The notes beneath the pieces were generated by a model, which saw nothing but the letters and a program-made list of their open reading frames with translations, was not told the origin of the DNA and did no database searches. A DNA stretch of 32,000 bases, from the NCBI RefSeq assembly GCF_000582535.1, contig NZ_CP006932.1, positions 150,001 through 182,000 of the forward strand, given 5' to 3'. Shown piece after piece: positions 9,675 to 20,897 of this stretch. The translations under genes were made by a program, and so were the position numbers. Every line of letters begins with the position of its first letter. Position 1 is the first letter of the stretch. The stretch is from Candidatus Saccharimonadota bacterium. Its GTDB lineage: Bacteria > Bacillota_I > Bacilli_A > Mycoplasmatales > Hepatoplasmataceae.

Positions 9675-10910
9675 ATGAAAGAAAATATTCGTAAGGAAAT
9701 TTTCCCGTTTTTTAAAAATAATCCTAATATTACTTATCTTGATTCAAGCCTTACAACAATTAAACCAAAAGTTGTAATAAATGAAATTAGTAATTTTTAT
9801 CAAAATTTTCTTCCTACAATCGAAAGAAGTAATAATTTGCTTACAGAAAAGAGTAAAGAATTATTTTTAATATCATTACTTAAAATTGCTCATTTTATAA
9901 ATTCAAGAACAATAAATGAAATTATTCCTGTTGCAGGAACAACAAACGGATTAAATTTATTAGCTCTTGCTCTTACAGATGATTTAAAAGCAGGAGATGA
10001 ATTAATTTTAGGAGAATTTGAACATGCTTCTAATTATATTCCTTGATTAGTAATTGCAAAAAAGAAAAAATTGAAAATAAGACATTATAAAATTAAAGAA
10101 AATTTTGAATTTGATTATGATCATCTTAAGACATTACTAAATAATAAAACGAAAATAATTGCCATTTCTCATATATTTAATTCAATTGGAATTTTAAATG
10201 ATCTAAAAAAAATAAAGAAAATAATTGGAGATAATATTTTACTTGTGGCGGATGCCGCACAATCTGTTGGTCATATAAAAATTGACGTAAGAGATTTAAA
10301 TTGTGATTTTTTAGTATTTGGTGGTCATAAAATGTTTGGTCCAAACGGAATTGGAATTATTTATGGAAAAGAAAAATTATTAAAAAAATTAAATTTATTT
10401 AATTATGGAGGAGGAATGTTTCAATATTATGATTTAAATAAATTTGATTATCGAAAATTACCTAATAAATTTTATGCTGGAACACCAAATATTTCGGGAA
10501 TAATTGGACTTGCAAAAGCAATTGATTTTATAAATTCAATTGGAATTGAAAAAATAAGATCACATAATGAGAAATTAAAATTTTTACTTGAAGAAAAATT
10601 AGAAAAAATTAATGATATTATTATTTTAAATAAAAATATTAAATCTTCAATTCTTTTATTTAAGAAAAAAAATATTCATTCTGAAGATATAAATTATGAA
10701 TTGCAACAAAATAATATTTTTGTAAGAAGTGGTTTTTATTGTGTTAATTATGATAATAAATTATTAAATACAAAAGAACAATCAATTCGTGTTTCTTTTC
10801 ATTATTATAATAATGAAAATGATTTAAAAAAATTAGTAGATGTAATAAAAAATGGTGGTGATTTTTTAAATGGACTCTTCAATTCAAATAAAAATAAGAA
10901 ATGTGCTTAG
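9675..10910 (+). CDS. Cysteine desulfurase (class V aminotransferase, NifS/SufS/Csd-like)
   Basis: The N-terminus MKENIRKEIFPFFKNN..ITYLDSS matches the usual family start. The PLP-Lys motif GGHKMFGPNGIG and catalytic Cys motif RSGFYCV are present. The frame joins across TGA 10044-10046. The upstream in-frame ATG at 9615 would add a hydrophobic 20-aa extension and is judged unlikely. Confidence 0.88.
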
Positions 10911-11283
10911 TGATTTTAAATTTAAAAATTTAGAGGAAAAAGATTTTGCAAAATCTTCAGTATATTATCTTACAAATTGTGCAGATAAAATTTATGTAAA
11001 AGCAAATATAAAAAAGAATAAAATAATAAAAATTAGTTGAAATGGTGAAGGTTGTTCAATTTCATTTCTTTCATCCGAATTAATTGCAAGATTGATAAAT
11101 AAAAAAAATGTAAATGAAGCAAAAGAAATTTTAAAAAAATTAAAAGATTTTGCTGATAATGATATTTCTTTACCAAAAGGAGATATTTTTGATCTTTTGG
11201 GATTTTTAAAAGAGCACCCAATTAGAAAACGCTGCTTATTAGTAGCAGTAAATTCTTATTTATTGGAATTAAATAAATTTTAA
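10870..11283 (+). CDS. Fe-S cluster assembly scaffold (SufU/IscU/NifU-like)
   Basis: Frame 1 contains three scaffold-type Cys contexts: TNCADKIYV, WNGEGCSISFLSS and HPIRKRCLLVAVN. The start is uncertain. ATG 10870 overlaps the desulfurase gene by 41 nt, and GTG 10903 is an alternative. Confidence 0.8.
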
Positions 11284-11286
11284 ATT

Positions 11287-12897
11287 ATGATTACAAAAAA
11301 CCAATTAAAAAATGTTCCAAATACACCTGGTTGTTATCTTTGAAAAGATGATAAGGGATTTGTAATATATGTTGGAAAAGCAAAAAAATTAAAGAATAGA
11401 ATGATGCAATATCTTGATCCAAAAGATATTCAATTAAAAACTAGACTTTTGGTAAAGCAAATTGCAGATTTTGATTATATGCTTGTAAAAAATGAAATGG
11501 AATCATTGATTTTAGAATTAGAATTAATCAAAAAATATAATCCAAAATATAATATTAGATTAAAAAATCAACGTTCTTATCCATATATTTTATTTACAAA
11601 AGAACCTATGTTTAAATTAGAGCTTACAAATGAAGTAAAGAAAAATAAAAAAAATTTAAAATATTTTGGACCTTTTCCAGATGGCTATTCAGCAAATAAA
11701 ATTAAAAAAATTATTGAATCAATTTATCCAGTAAGCAAATGTTTAAATCCAAATTCAGGGAAACCTTGTTTGAATTATCAAATGGGGATTTGTCCGGGAT
11801 ATTGTTTTAAAGAAAAAAAAGATATTGATATCGAAAAGATAACAAAAGAAATTGAAAATTTCTTTAAGGGTAATGATTACCAATTAAAAAAAATAATTAA
11901 TAAAAAAATTAATATTTACACAGAAAAAGAAATGTATGAACAAGCACAAGAGTTATATAATTTATTACCAATATTAGAAAAATATCATCAAAAACAAAAA
12001 ATATTATTTAATGATAATATTTCAAGAGATGTTTTAAATTTTTATTATAAAGATGATGTTTTAGCAATTGTAATTTTAAATATTCGATATGGTAAATTAA
12101 TATCAAAAATAACAGAAGTTATTTCAATAAAAAAATTAAATTATCAAAATATTGAAAATTTAATTGAGCAATATTTATATCACTATTATCAAAAAAATTT
12201 AATTCCTTCTATTCTTGTTGCTCCTTTTAAAACTGGAGTATTAAAATTAATAAATTTTAAAAAAGTAATAATTCCTAAGCAGGGCCGTTTAAAATCAATT
12301 TTAAATCTTGCAAAAAAAGAAGCCGAAGAATTATATAAACAATTAGAAATTAAAGTAAATCAAAAAGAAAATAATTTAAAAAAAGCACAAGATGAATTAG
12401 CAAAATTGTTAAAAATTGATAATTTTACATTGATCGAATTATGTGATATTTCTAACTTAGGTGGACAAAATCAAGTGGGTGTTGTTGTTAATTTTTTAAA
12501 TTTTCAAAAAAATTCTAAAATGTATCGTAAATATATTTTAGATGAATTTCAAAATGATTATCAAGCAATTTATGAAGTTACATATCGTCATTTTAGACAA
12601 AAATTAATTAAAAAAGAAGATATTCCTAATTTATATATAGTTGATGGAAAATATCAATTAGATAGTGCTAAAAAAGCTTTAAAAGAATTAAATCTTTTAG
12701 AAAAAGTTAAAGTAATAGGTTTGGTAAAAGATAAAAAACATGATACTGGAAAAATAATTGTTGAAAAAAATCAAGAATATTTAATTAAAAAAAATTCAGA
12801 AATTTATCTTTTATTGGGTGGTTTTCAAGATGAAGTACACCGCTTTGCAATTACTTTTTATCGAAAAAAACAACAAAATAAATTATTTAATAAATAA
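11287..12897 (+). CDS. uvrC: Excinuclease ABC subunit C, short form lacking the C-terminal (HhH)2 domain
   Basis: The N-terminus is GIY-YIG type ([29 protein letters not shown], with W encoded by TGA 11341-11343). It also has a UVR-like helix and the endonuclease region ..CDISNLGG..DGKYQ..QDEVHRFAITFYRKK. About 536 aa. Confidence 0.93.
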
Positions 12898-12933
12898 AAG
12901 AATGATTAAATAATTTATAATATTTTTCAAGAT

Positions 12934-13656
12934 ATGGAGATAAAAATAACAAACCTTACTTTTATTTATAAAGATAATTTAATATTAAAAGATATATCAT
13001 TTTCCTTTACAGATAAAGATTATATTGCTTTAATTGGTCGAAACGGATCAGGAAAATCAACTTTAATCAAAATATTAAGTGGAATTTTAAATTATACAAA
13101 TGGTTTCATTGGTCAAAAAATTGAAACTCATAATAATCTTTATTTTTATAAAAAATTAAAACACAAAGAAATAAGATTTGGTTTTATTGGAATTATTTTT
13201 CAAAAACCTGATAATCAAATTGTAAACTCAATTGTCGAAAATGATATTGCTTTTGGTTTGGAAAATAATTTATATAAGCATAATGAAATGCACTCAATTG
13301 TTGATAATATTTTAAATTTTTTAAATATTTCAAGATTAAAAAAAAGAGATGTAAATACTCTCTCGGGTGGTGAAAAGCAATTAATTGCAATTGCTTCAAT
13401 GCTTGTTTTAAAATATAAATTTCTTCTGTTTGATGAAGTTACTTCGATGTTAGATATTAAAAATACTAATTTTGTTGTAGATAAAATTAAATATCTACAT
13501 TCACAAAATAATTGTGGAATAATTTTTGTAACTCATAAATTACACCTTTTAAAATATGCTGAAAAAACTTTAATTTTAGATCAAGGAGAAAAAGTTTTTT
13601 TTGATAAAACAATAAAAATAACAGAAGACTTATTAAATAAATTTAAATTAAATTAG
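12934..13656 (+). CDS. ecfA1: ECF transporter ATPase component EcfA1
   Basis: It has Walker A GRNGSGKST, the signature LSGGEKQ and Walker B LLFDEV. It is the first of two tandem ABC ATPases followed by ecfT, the conserved ecfA-ecfA'-ecfT-truA arrangement. Confidence 0.88.
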   Translation: MEIKITNLTFIYKDNLILKDISFSFTDKDYIALIGRNGSGKSTLIKILSGILNYTNGFIGQKIETHNNLYFYKKLKHKEIRFGFIGIIFQKPDNQIVNSIVENDIAFGLENNLYKHNEMHSIVDNILNFLNISRLKKRDVNTLSGGEKQLIAIASMLVLKYKFLLFDEVTSMLDIKNTNFVVDKIKYLHSQNNCGIIFVTHKLHLLKYAEKTLILDQGEKVFFDKTIKITEDLLNKFKLN

Positions 13657-13665
13657 ATCAGAAAT

Positions 13666-14481
13666 ATGATTATTAAAATTAACAATTTAAGTAAAAAAAT
13701 AAATTCTCATAATAAAGAAAAAGAAATATTGCAAAATATAACTTTTTCACTTCCAAAAAATAAAATTCTTACAATTGTTGGAGAAACAGGATCAGGAAAA
13801 TCTACATTAGCAAAAATAATTGGTGGATTTTCAATTCCCACTTCAGGTTCAATAAATTACAATTATCAATTTTTTACTTATTCAAAAAGTAAGAAAAAAA
13901 TAAAATATAAAAATCTTAAAATAGTAAGAGAGTTTTCGAAAATAACATTTCAAGATTCTAATTTACAATTTTTCAAAAAAAATATATGAGATGAAATTAA
14001 ATTTGGTTTTAAAAATTTAGGATATAAAGACGAAAAACTTGATCAAAAAGTAATTGAAGTTTTTAATTTTTTAGAATTTCCTGAAAAATATAAAAAAACT
14101 AATCCAAATAATCTTTCGGGTGGAGAACAAAAAAAATTGTTAATTGCAATTATTGCTTTTTTTCCTTCTAAATTATTAATACTGGATGAACCGACAGCAA
14201 ATATGGATAATTATAATCGAATTGAAGTTTTAAATTTTATTAAAAAAATTCTTAAAAAAAATAAAACAATAATTATAATTACGCATGATTTAAGAAATTT
14301 AAGTTACTCTGATTATTTACTTTTTTTATGTAAAGGAAAACAAATAAGCTTTAATAAATGTTCATTATTATTGAAAAATCAACAAAAATTAAATAATATT
14401 CTTCTACAATCTAATTTAATACAAGAAAAGGATCTTAAAAAAGATATTTTAAGAGAGATAAATAAATTGCCATGGAAATAA
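13666..14481 (+). CDS. ecfA2: ECF transporter ATPase component EcfA2
   Basis: ORFs 13666.. and 14137.. are in frame and join across TGA 13987-13989. It has Walker A GETGSGKST, the signature LSGGEQKK and Walker B LILDEPT. Confidence 0.88.
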
Positions 14482-15275
14482 CATATGATATTCTTTCTAA
14501 AAAAGATTTTAATTCATTTATTGATAAAATAAATCCAAGAGCAAAATTTATTGTTTATTTTCTTATGATAATTTTGGTTTTATTTGCTCCTGGATTTATT
14601 TATGATCAAGAATTATGGTTTTATAGTGAAGATTGATATTTATTGGGAACTTTTTTTGCTTCAATTTTATTCGCTTTAATTGTAAAAACTCCCTTTAAAA
14701 CTTATCGAAATTTATTTTATTATTCAATATTCACATTTATAATTTTTTTTATTTTAAATTCCTTATTTTTCTTAGATGCAAAAAAAGGATTTATTCTTAC
14801 ATTTGAAATTACGATAAGAATTTTTATTTTATTATTAATCTCTTCAATTTTAATTTTAAGTTCTACGCAAAAAGAAATTTCTGATGCAATTAGTTTTTTT
14901 ATCTATCCATTAAGATATATAAAAGTTCCCGTAAATGAATTTTCTTTAATTATTACAATTGGATTAAGATTTCTTCCACTTATAATTTTAGAAGCAGAAC
15001 AGATTTTACAATCATTATCAACAAGAGGAATTGATTTTTATTCATCTTCTTTTAAAATAAAAATAAAAGCTTTTTTTGCCTTATTTAATCCTTTATTTAT
15101 TTCTGCTTTTGATCGCGCTAATAATTTATCATATGCTCTTTATGTGAGGCAATATCAAATTGGTAAAAAAAGAACACAATATAATTCCTATAAATTTAAT
15201 TTAATAGATTTTTGTTTTATCTTTTTCTTCATTGTTATTTTTGTAGTTGGTCTTACTTTTATTATTTTAATTTAA
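14472..15275 (+). CDS. ecfT: ECF transporter transmembrane component EcfT
   Basis: ATG 14472 overlaps ecfA2 by 10 nt. The frame is continuous with track ORF 14643..15275 through TGA. The product is polytopic and includes the ..GLRFLPLI..EAEQILQSLSTRGID.. coupling-helix region typical of EcfT/CbiQ. Confidence 0.85.
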
Positions 15276-15289
15276 AATAATAATTAAAT

Positions 15290-16042
15290 ATGAAAACAAA
15301 ACTGTTACTTAATTTATGATATGATGGAACTAATTTTTTTGGTTGAGCAAAGCAACCAAAAGTGCGTACAATTCAAGGAATTTTAGAAGAATATAGTAAA
15401 AAATTTTTTCAAGCAAATACAAAAGTTTTATCTTCAGGAAGAACAGATCGTTATGTTCATGCTTTTGATCAAATTGTTACTATTGAATTTAATTCAAAAC
15501 AAAAGGTTACAAAAAAAGATATTAAGAAATTTAAAAATTTGATAAATGCTATTTTTAGTGATTTAAAAATCAAAAAAATAAAGTTTGTTGATAATGATTT
15601 TTCTATAGGGTTTTCAGTAAAAGAAAAAACTTATCTTTATAAAATAAATACAAAAAAATCAAAAAGATCGGAAAAGTTAAAAAATTATCAATATAATTAT
15701 TATCAAAAAATTGATTATTTAAAACTTAAGGAAGATTTAAAATATTTTATAGGAGAAAAAAATTTTGCTTCATTTACAGGAAAAGAAAATTATCAATCAT
15801 ATGTTCGTAAAGTAATTTCCATAAAAATTTATAAAAAATATAAAGGAAAAATTTATATTGAAATTACAGGAAAAGGTTTTATGAGATTTATGATTAGAAA
15901 TATTATCGGTTCAGTTTTAGCTAAGAATCGTAATAAATATTCAGAAGAAGAATTTAAAGATTTATTTCTAAATCCAAAAAGAGGTAAAAATCATTATAAA
16001 GCACCAGGAAGTGGACTTTATCTTAAATCTGTAAAATATTAA
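15290..16042 (+). CDS. truA: tRNA pseudouridine(38-40) synthase TruA
   Basis: The product begins MKTKLLLNLWYDGTNFFGWAKQP.., with two W encoded by TGA. The catalytic motif SGRTDRYVHA is present. Position after ecfT is conserved. Confidence 0.9.
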
Positions 16043-16175
16043 AATATACAATAGTATAATTAATTGCTTTTATGTATAATATTAACTATAAGTTTTCGGT
16101 ATTATCCCACACTAATACAATTATTGATTTTAAATTAAATAAAAAGAGAAATAAGGAAATAATAAAATATTAATA

Positions 16176-16625
16176 ATGAGACAGACAAAAATGGCATTCA
16201 ATAATCAAATTGAAAAAAAATGATATTTGATTGATGCAAAAGATTTAGTTTTGGGAAGAATGTCTACAGAAATTGCCAAAATTATTACAGGAAAAAATAA
16301 AAGTTCATATACACCTCATGAAGATCATGGTGATTATGTTATTGTTATAAATGCTAATAAAATTTATCTTTCTGGTAATAAATTAGAACAAAAAAAATAT
16401 TATAATCACTCTGGCTATCCTGGTGGATTAAGAGAACGAAAAGCTTCTGAGATGAAAGCAAAATATCCGGAAGAAATGGTTTATCGTGCTGTTTGAGGAA
16501 TGGTTCCTCATAATAAATTAGGAAGAAAACAAATTAAAAAATTATTTATTTATCGCGATGATAAACATCCTCATCAAGCACAAAATCCCGAAAAATTAGA
16601 AATTAACTTAAAGAAAAATAATTAG
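16176..16625 (+). CDS. rplM: 50S ribosomal protein L13
   Basis: The product begins [30 protein letters not shown].. and contains ..[13 protein letters not shown]... The frame reads through TGA 16212-16214 and 16494-16496 to TAG at 16623-16625. Confidence 0.95.
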
Positions 16626-16633
16626 GAGCTAAA

Positions 16634-17014
16634 ATGTATCAAACAGTTGGAAAAAGAAAAAGTTCAGTTGCAAGAATAACTATGGAAAAAGGAACTGGGA
16701 AAATTATTGTAAACAAAAAAGATATTAAAGATTATTTTTCTCAAGATACTTTAGTAAATGAAATTAAGCAAGGCTTAATAATAACTGATACTGAAAAAGA
16801 TTTTGATATTGTTGCAAAAGTTTCTGGAGGAGGATTTTCTGGACAAGCAGGTGCTTTGAAACATGCTATTGTAAAAAGTCTTTTACTTGTTTCAGATGAT
16901 TATCGTAAACCTTTAAAACAAGCAAAATTAATTAGTCGTGATTCAAGAGTAAAAGAACGTAAAAAATATGGGCTTAAAGGAGCAAGAAGAGCTCCACAAT
17001 TTTCAAAAAGATAG
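16634..17014 (+). CDS. rpsI: 30S ribosomal protein S9
   Basis: The S9 signature is present (GKRKSSVARI..GGGFSGQAGALKHAI..RDSRVKERKKYGLKGARRAPQFSKR). A GGAG SD lies upstream. Confidence 0.97.
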   Translation: MYQTVGKRKSSVARITMEKGTGKIIVNKKDIKDYFSQDTLVNEIKQGLIITDTEKDFDIVAKVSGGGFSGQAGALKHAIVKSLLLVSDDYRKPLKQAKLISRDSRVKERKKYGLKGARRAPQFSKR

Positions 17015-17042
17015 ATTTAAAAATTTACCATTTTGGTATAAT
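17014..17042 (+). promoter_or_regulatory. Putative extended -10 promoter for tRNA-Ile
   Basis: TGGTATAAT lies at 17034-17042 (TGnTATAAT), about 48 nt upstream of the tRNA 5' end. There is no clear -35. Confidence 0.4.
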
Positions 17043-17089
17043 TTGTACGTTGGTAAAAGTTTTGTTGGTATATCTAAAACCAACTAAAC

Positions 17090-17166
17090 GGAACTGTAGC
17101 TCAGTTGGTTAGAGCACACCGCTGATAACGGTGAGGTCGGTGGTTCAAGTCCACTCAGTTCCACCA
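17090..17166 (+). tRNA. tRNA-Ile, anticodon GAU, CCA encoded
   Basis: The sequence is GGAACTGTAGCTCAGTTGGTTAGAGCACACCGCTGATAACGGTGAGGTCGGTGGTTCAAGTCCACTCAGTTCCACCA. It folds as a cloverleaf with a 7-bp acceptor stem (GGAACTG/CAGTTCC), anticodon loop CTGATAA, T-loop TTCAAGT and a terminal ACCA. Confidence 0.95.
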
Positions 17167-17214
17167 TTTTTTATTTATTTGTAAAGATTTAAAGCAAATA
17201 AGAAATGGTTATTT

Positions 17215-17973
17215 ATGAATAAACAATTGCAATGATTTCCTGGACATATGCAAAAAACCTTAGATCAATTATTTGATTTAAAAAAAAACATTAATTTAAT
17301 TATTGTTGTTTTAGATGCAAGAGCACCAAAATCATCTTTTATTGATATTTTTGGTGATTTTTTAAAAGATAAAAAAGTAATAATTTGTTTAAATAAAAGA
17401 GATCTTGTCTCAAAAGAAAAACTTAAAAAATGAGTAAATTTTTATAAAAAAAAATTTACCGATGCAATTACTATTTCTTTGAAAGAAGAAAAAAACTTAG
17501 CAAAAATAAACTTATTTAAAATTTTAAAAAAATATCAAAAAGAAAATTTTTATACCAAAGTAATTGTTATTGGAATTCCAAATGTTGGTAAATCAAATTT
17601 ACTTAATGTTTTAATTGAAAAAAATTCTGCAAAGGTACAAAATATTGCTGGAGTTACAAAAAATTTAGGTTGATATCAAAAAGATCAATTTCTATTTTTA
17701 GATACCCCAGGAGTTTTAGTTCCAAAATTTGAAAATGATTTAATAGGAGCAAAAATTGTTTTAATTGGAGGAATAAAAATTAATTTAGTTCCAATTGAAG
17801 AAGTTATAAGATTTATGTTTGAAATATTTAAGGAAAAAAATATTTTACTTCCTTTTGCTTCTTTTGAAGATTTACAAAAAAAAATAAAAATTGAAAAAGA
17901 GCAAACAAAAACTTATTTAAATTTAATAAATGATTATCAAAAGGGAAAATATGGAAAATTTATCCTAGATTAA
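17215..17973 (+). CDS. rbgA: Ribosome biogenesis GTPase A (RbgA/YlqF)
   Basis: The product begins MNKQLQWFPGHMQKT, with the conserved W encoded by TGA 17233-17235. It shows circularly permuted GTPase motifs (DARAP, LNKRDL, GIPNVGKS, DTPG). Three track ORFs in frame 1 join through TGA. Confidence 0.9.
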
Positions 17974-18016
17974 TGAGATTTTTAATATTAATTAAATAAT
18001 ATTAATTCTGATTGTT

Positions 18017-18778
18017 ATGCGAGAGATTTTACTTTACTTTTCTGTAAAATATTATGGAAATTGAGACAAAATATATAATGCTTTAAAAGCAAAAGAAAAT
18101 ATTGATTATTCTTTATATAAGCAAATTATAAATAGATATAAAAGAAAAAAATACGTTACAATTATTGATGAAAATTATCCTAAAAATTTAAAAAATATTG
18201 CCTTTCCTCCTTTTGTTTTATATTATCAAGGAAATTTTGATTTGTTGATGAAAGAGAAAATTATCTGAATTTTTGGAGCAGAAATTCCAGAGACAAAATA
18301 TAAAGAAATTTATAATTTAAAATTAGAATTTGATCAAAAAGATATAACATTAATTATTGGTCAATCAAATTTTTTTGAAAATATTTTTTTGAAAAATTGT
18401 AATTTAAAAAAGATGATTTTAATAAAAGATTCAGGAATAGATTCTCAAATAATAATTGATTTTGAATTGGAAAAAAAAATTCTTAATAATAATTCATTAA
18501 TAATTTCTGAATCTCCTGATTATATTTTACCTACAAAAAAGCAATGATATAAGAGTAATAAAATAAAAATTGGATTGTCAAATGGAATTTTTTTATATAA
18601 TACGAGAAAAGAAAAAGATATTTTTAATGTTATTTCTCATGTAATTTTAGAAAACAAGAAAATTTATTGTTATTTCAATCATTTTTTTGATAATAATTTG
18701 AATTTTGAATTGATAAAGCATGGTGGAATAGAAATAAATAATATTGGAGAACTTATTAAAAAATGACAAAAAAATTAA
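18017..18778 (+). CDS. DprA/Smf-like protein, highly divergent
   Basis: MREILLYFSVKYYGNW..IIDENYPKNLKNIAFPPFVLYYQGNFDLL..LIISESPDYILPTKKQWYKSNKIKIGLSNGIFL.. aligns by eye with the DprA architecture. It lies directly upstream of topA, the conserved smf-topA pairing. With TGA=Trp the frame runs to TAA at 18776-18778 and overlaps topA by 16 nt. Confidence 0.55.
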
Positions 18779-20775
18779 TAATTGTAGAATCCCCTAATAA
18801 AATAAATAAAATTCAAGCATATTTAAATGATTACTATGGAAGAAATGAATTTAAAGTAATTGCTTCAATTGGACATGTTCGTGATCTTAGAAAATATGGA
18901 ACAAAAATGGGTTTAGGAATCGATTTAGATTTAATGGAACCTATGTATGAAAATATAACTGCAAAAAAAGAAGTTATAAGCAATATAATTTCAGAAGTAG
19001 AAAAAGCAAAAGTAATTTATTTAGCAACTGATCCTGATCGAGAGGGGGAAGCAATTGCTTGACACATTACACAGATATTACCCCAAGAATTATTAAAAGA
19101 TAAGAAATTTTATCGAATAAATTTCAATGAAATTACAAAAGATGCAATTTTAAATTCATTAAAAAATCGCGGAGAATTAAATAAGAATTTAATAAATTCA
19201 CAAGAAGCAAGAAGGATGCTTGATCGGATTATCGGTTTTCGTTTGTCTTATATCACAAATAAAAAATTAAAGGCATCAAGTGCAGGTAGAGTTAAATCAT
19301 CAGTTTTAAAATTAATAATTGATCGTGAAAATGAAATTAAGAGTTTTAAAAAAGATTATTGATGAACAATTGAAGCTTTATTTAATAAAAATAAAATATT
19401 AATTAATTCTACAAATGATTTTAAAGAAATAAATTATAAAAGTGAAAAAGATGCAAAAAAGATTCATGATGATCTTACAGAAAAATTTGTTTTTATAAAA
19501 AATCAAAAAAAGGAAACAAAAATTATTGCTCCTCAACCCTTAGAAATGTCTTCTTATCTTATGGCTGCTTATAATATGTACGGATTAACTAATAGACAAG
19601 CAACAGCCGCATCACAAATTCTTTATGAAAAAGGTCTTATAACTTATCCAAGAACTGATTCACAACGAATCAGTTCAAAAAAATTTATTAAAGATGCAAA
19701 AGATTTTTTAATTGAAACATATGGGGAAAGATATTATTCAGGTTTGAGAGAATTTAAAAAGGTAAAAAAAATCACATCACAAGATGCTCATGAAGCTTTA
19801 AGACCAACTGATTTACGTGTACGTAGTCATGTTTTAAATTTAAGAGAACATACTTTAATAGAAAAAAAGGCTTATGATGTTATTTGAAAAATCACAGCAA
19901 AAGCATTCTTGAAAGATGGAATAAATTTAATTGTTAAAAATCTTTATGATAACAATAATCATAAGTTTGTTACAAAAGAAACTTTATTTAAATTTTTGGG
20001 ATATCGCATTATTGATAAAGAGGTTTTTGAAAAAGAAACAATTTTGCCAGCAACAAAAGAAATTTTGGTTAAAAAAAGAAATATTGAAATAAAAGAACAT
20101 AATACTCAACCTCCTGCAAGATATAATCAATCATCAATCATTAAAAAAATGAAAGAAGAAGGGATTGGCCGTCCATCTACTTATTCAACAACAACTTCTG
20201 GTCTTTTAAGATATGGATATATTGAAAGACAAAAAGGAACTTTAATTCCTACTGACATTGGTGATGAAACAAATAGATTATTGTTATCTAATTTTTCAGA
20301 ATTAGTAAATGAAAAATATACAGCAAAAATGGAAACAAATCTTGATGAGATTGCTGAAGGTAAAATAGAAAAAGAAAAATTTTTAAGTGATTTTTGAAAA
20401 GAATTTGAGCCACAAGTTCAATTTGTTGATGAAACCATTCAAGTTAAATTACCTGAATATTTAGATGAAAAATGTCCGCTTGATGGTGGTCAATTAATTT
20501 ATAAAAGATCAAGATATGGTAAATTTATTGGTTGTGAAAATTATCCAAAATGCAAATATATTCGTAAAATTGAAAATAAGGATAAATTCGAAGCAATTAC
20601 CTTAAAGGAAAATTGCCCAAAATGTAAAACAGGAAATCAAATAATTAGAAAATCTAAATTTGGTAATTATTTTATTTCTTGTACAAATTTTCCAAAATGT
20701 AAATTTATAATGGATAAAAAAGAAGCAGAATTAATCATTAAAAAAAATCTTTCTAATCTTAAAGAAAAAAAATAA
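18763..20775 (+). CDS. topA: DNA topoisomerase I
   Basis: It has the TOPRIM motif DPDREGEAIAWH (W encoded by TGA 19060-19062), the active-site region ITYPRTDS, and two C-terminal Cys4 zinc-ribbon motifs (CPLDGG..CENYPKCKY; CPKCKTG..CTNFPKCKF). Frame-1 ORFs join, giving about 670 aa. Confidence 0.96.
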
Positions 20776-20786
20776 ATTTGTTAATT

Positions 20787-20795
20787 TGATATAAT
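20787..20795 (+). promoter_or_regulatory. Putative extended -10 promoter upstream of rpsB
   Basis: TGATATAAT (TGnTATAAT) lies about 100 nt upstream of the rpsB ATG. No -35 is identified. Confidence 0.35.
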
Positions 20796-20897
20796 TTTTA
20801 GAAACAAAACAAAAAAACAAACATATGAATTTTTAAGTAGTGCTTTTTAGTTCTTAATTTTGAAGTATGTTGATGAAAAACTAGGAAATATTAAAAA

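Noticed and set aside
16043-16175. Possible ribosomal-protein leader structures upstream of rplM (16043-16175) and rpsB (20796-20897).
   Set aside because: Only -10-like TATAAT words are evident. I could not fold a convincing conserved structure by eye or match known L13 or S2 leaders.
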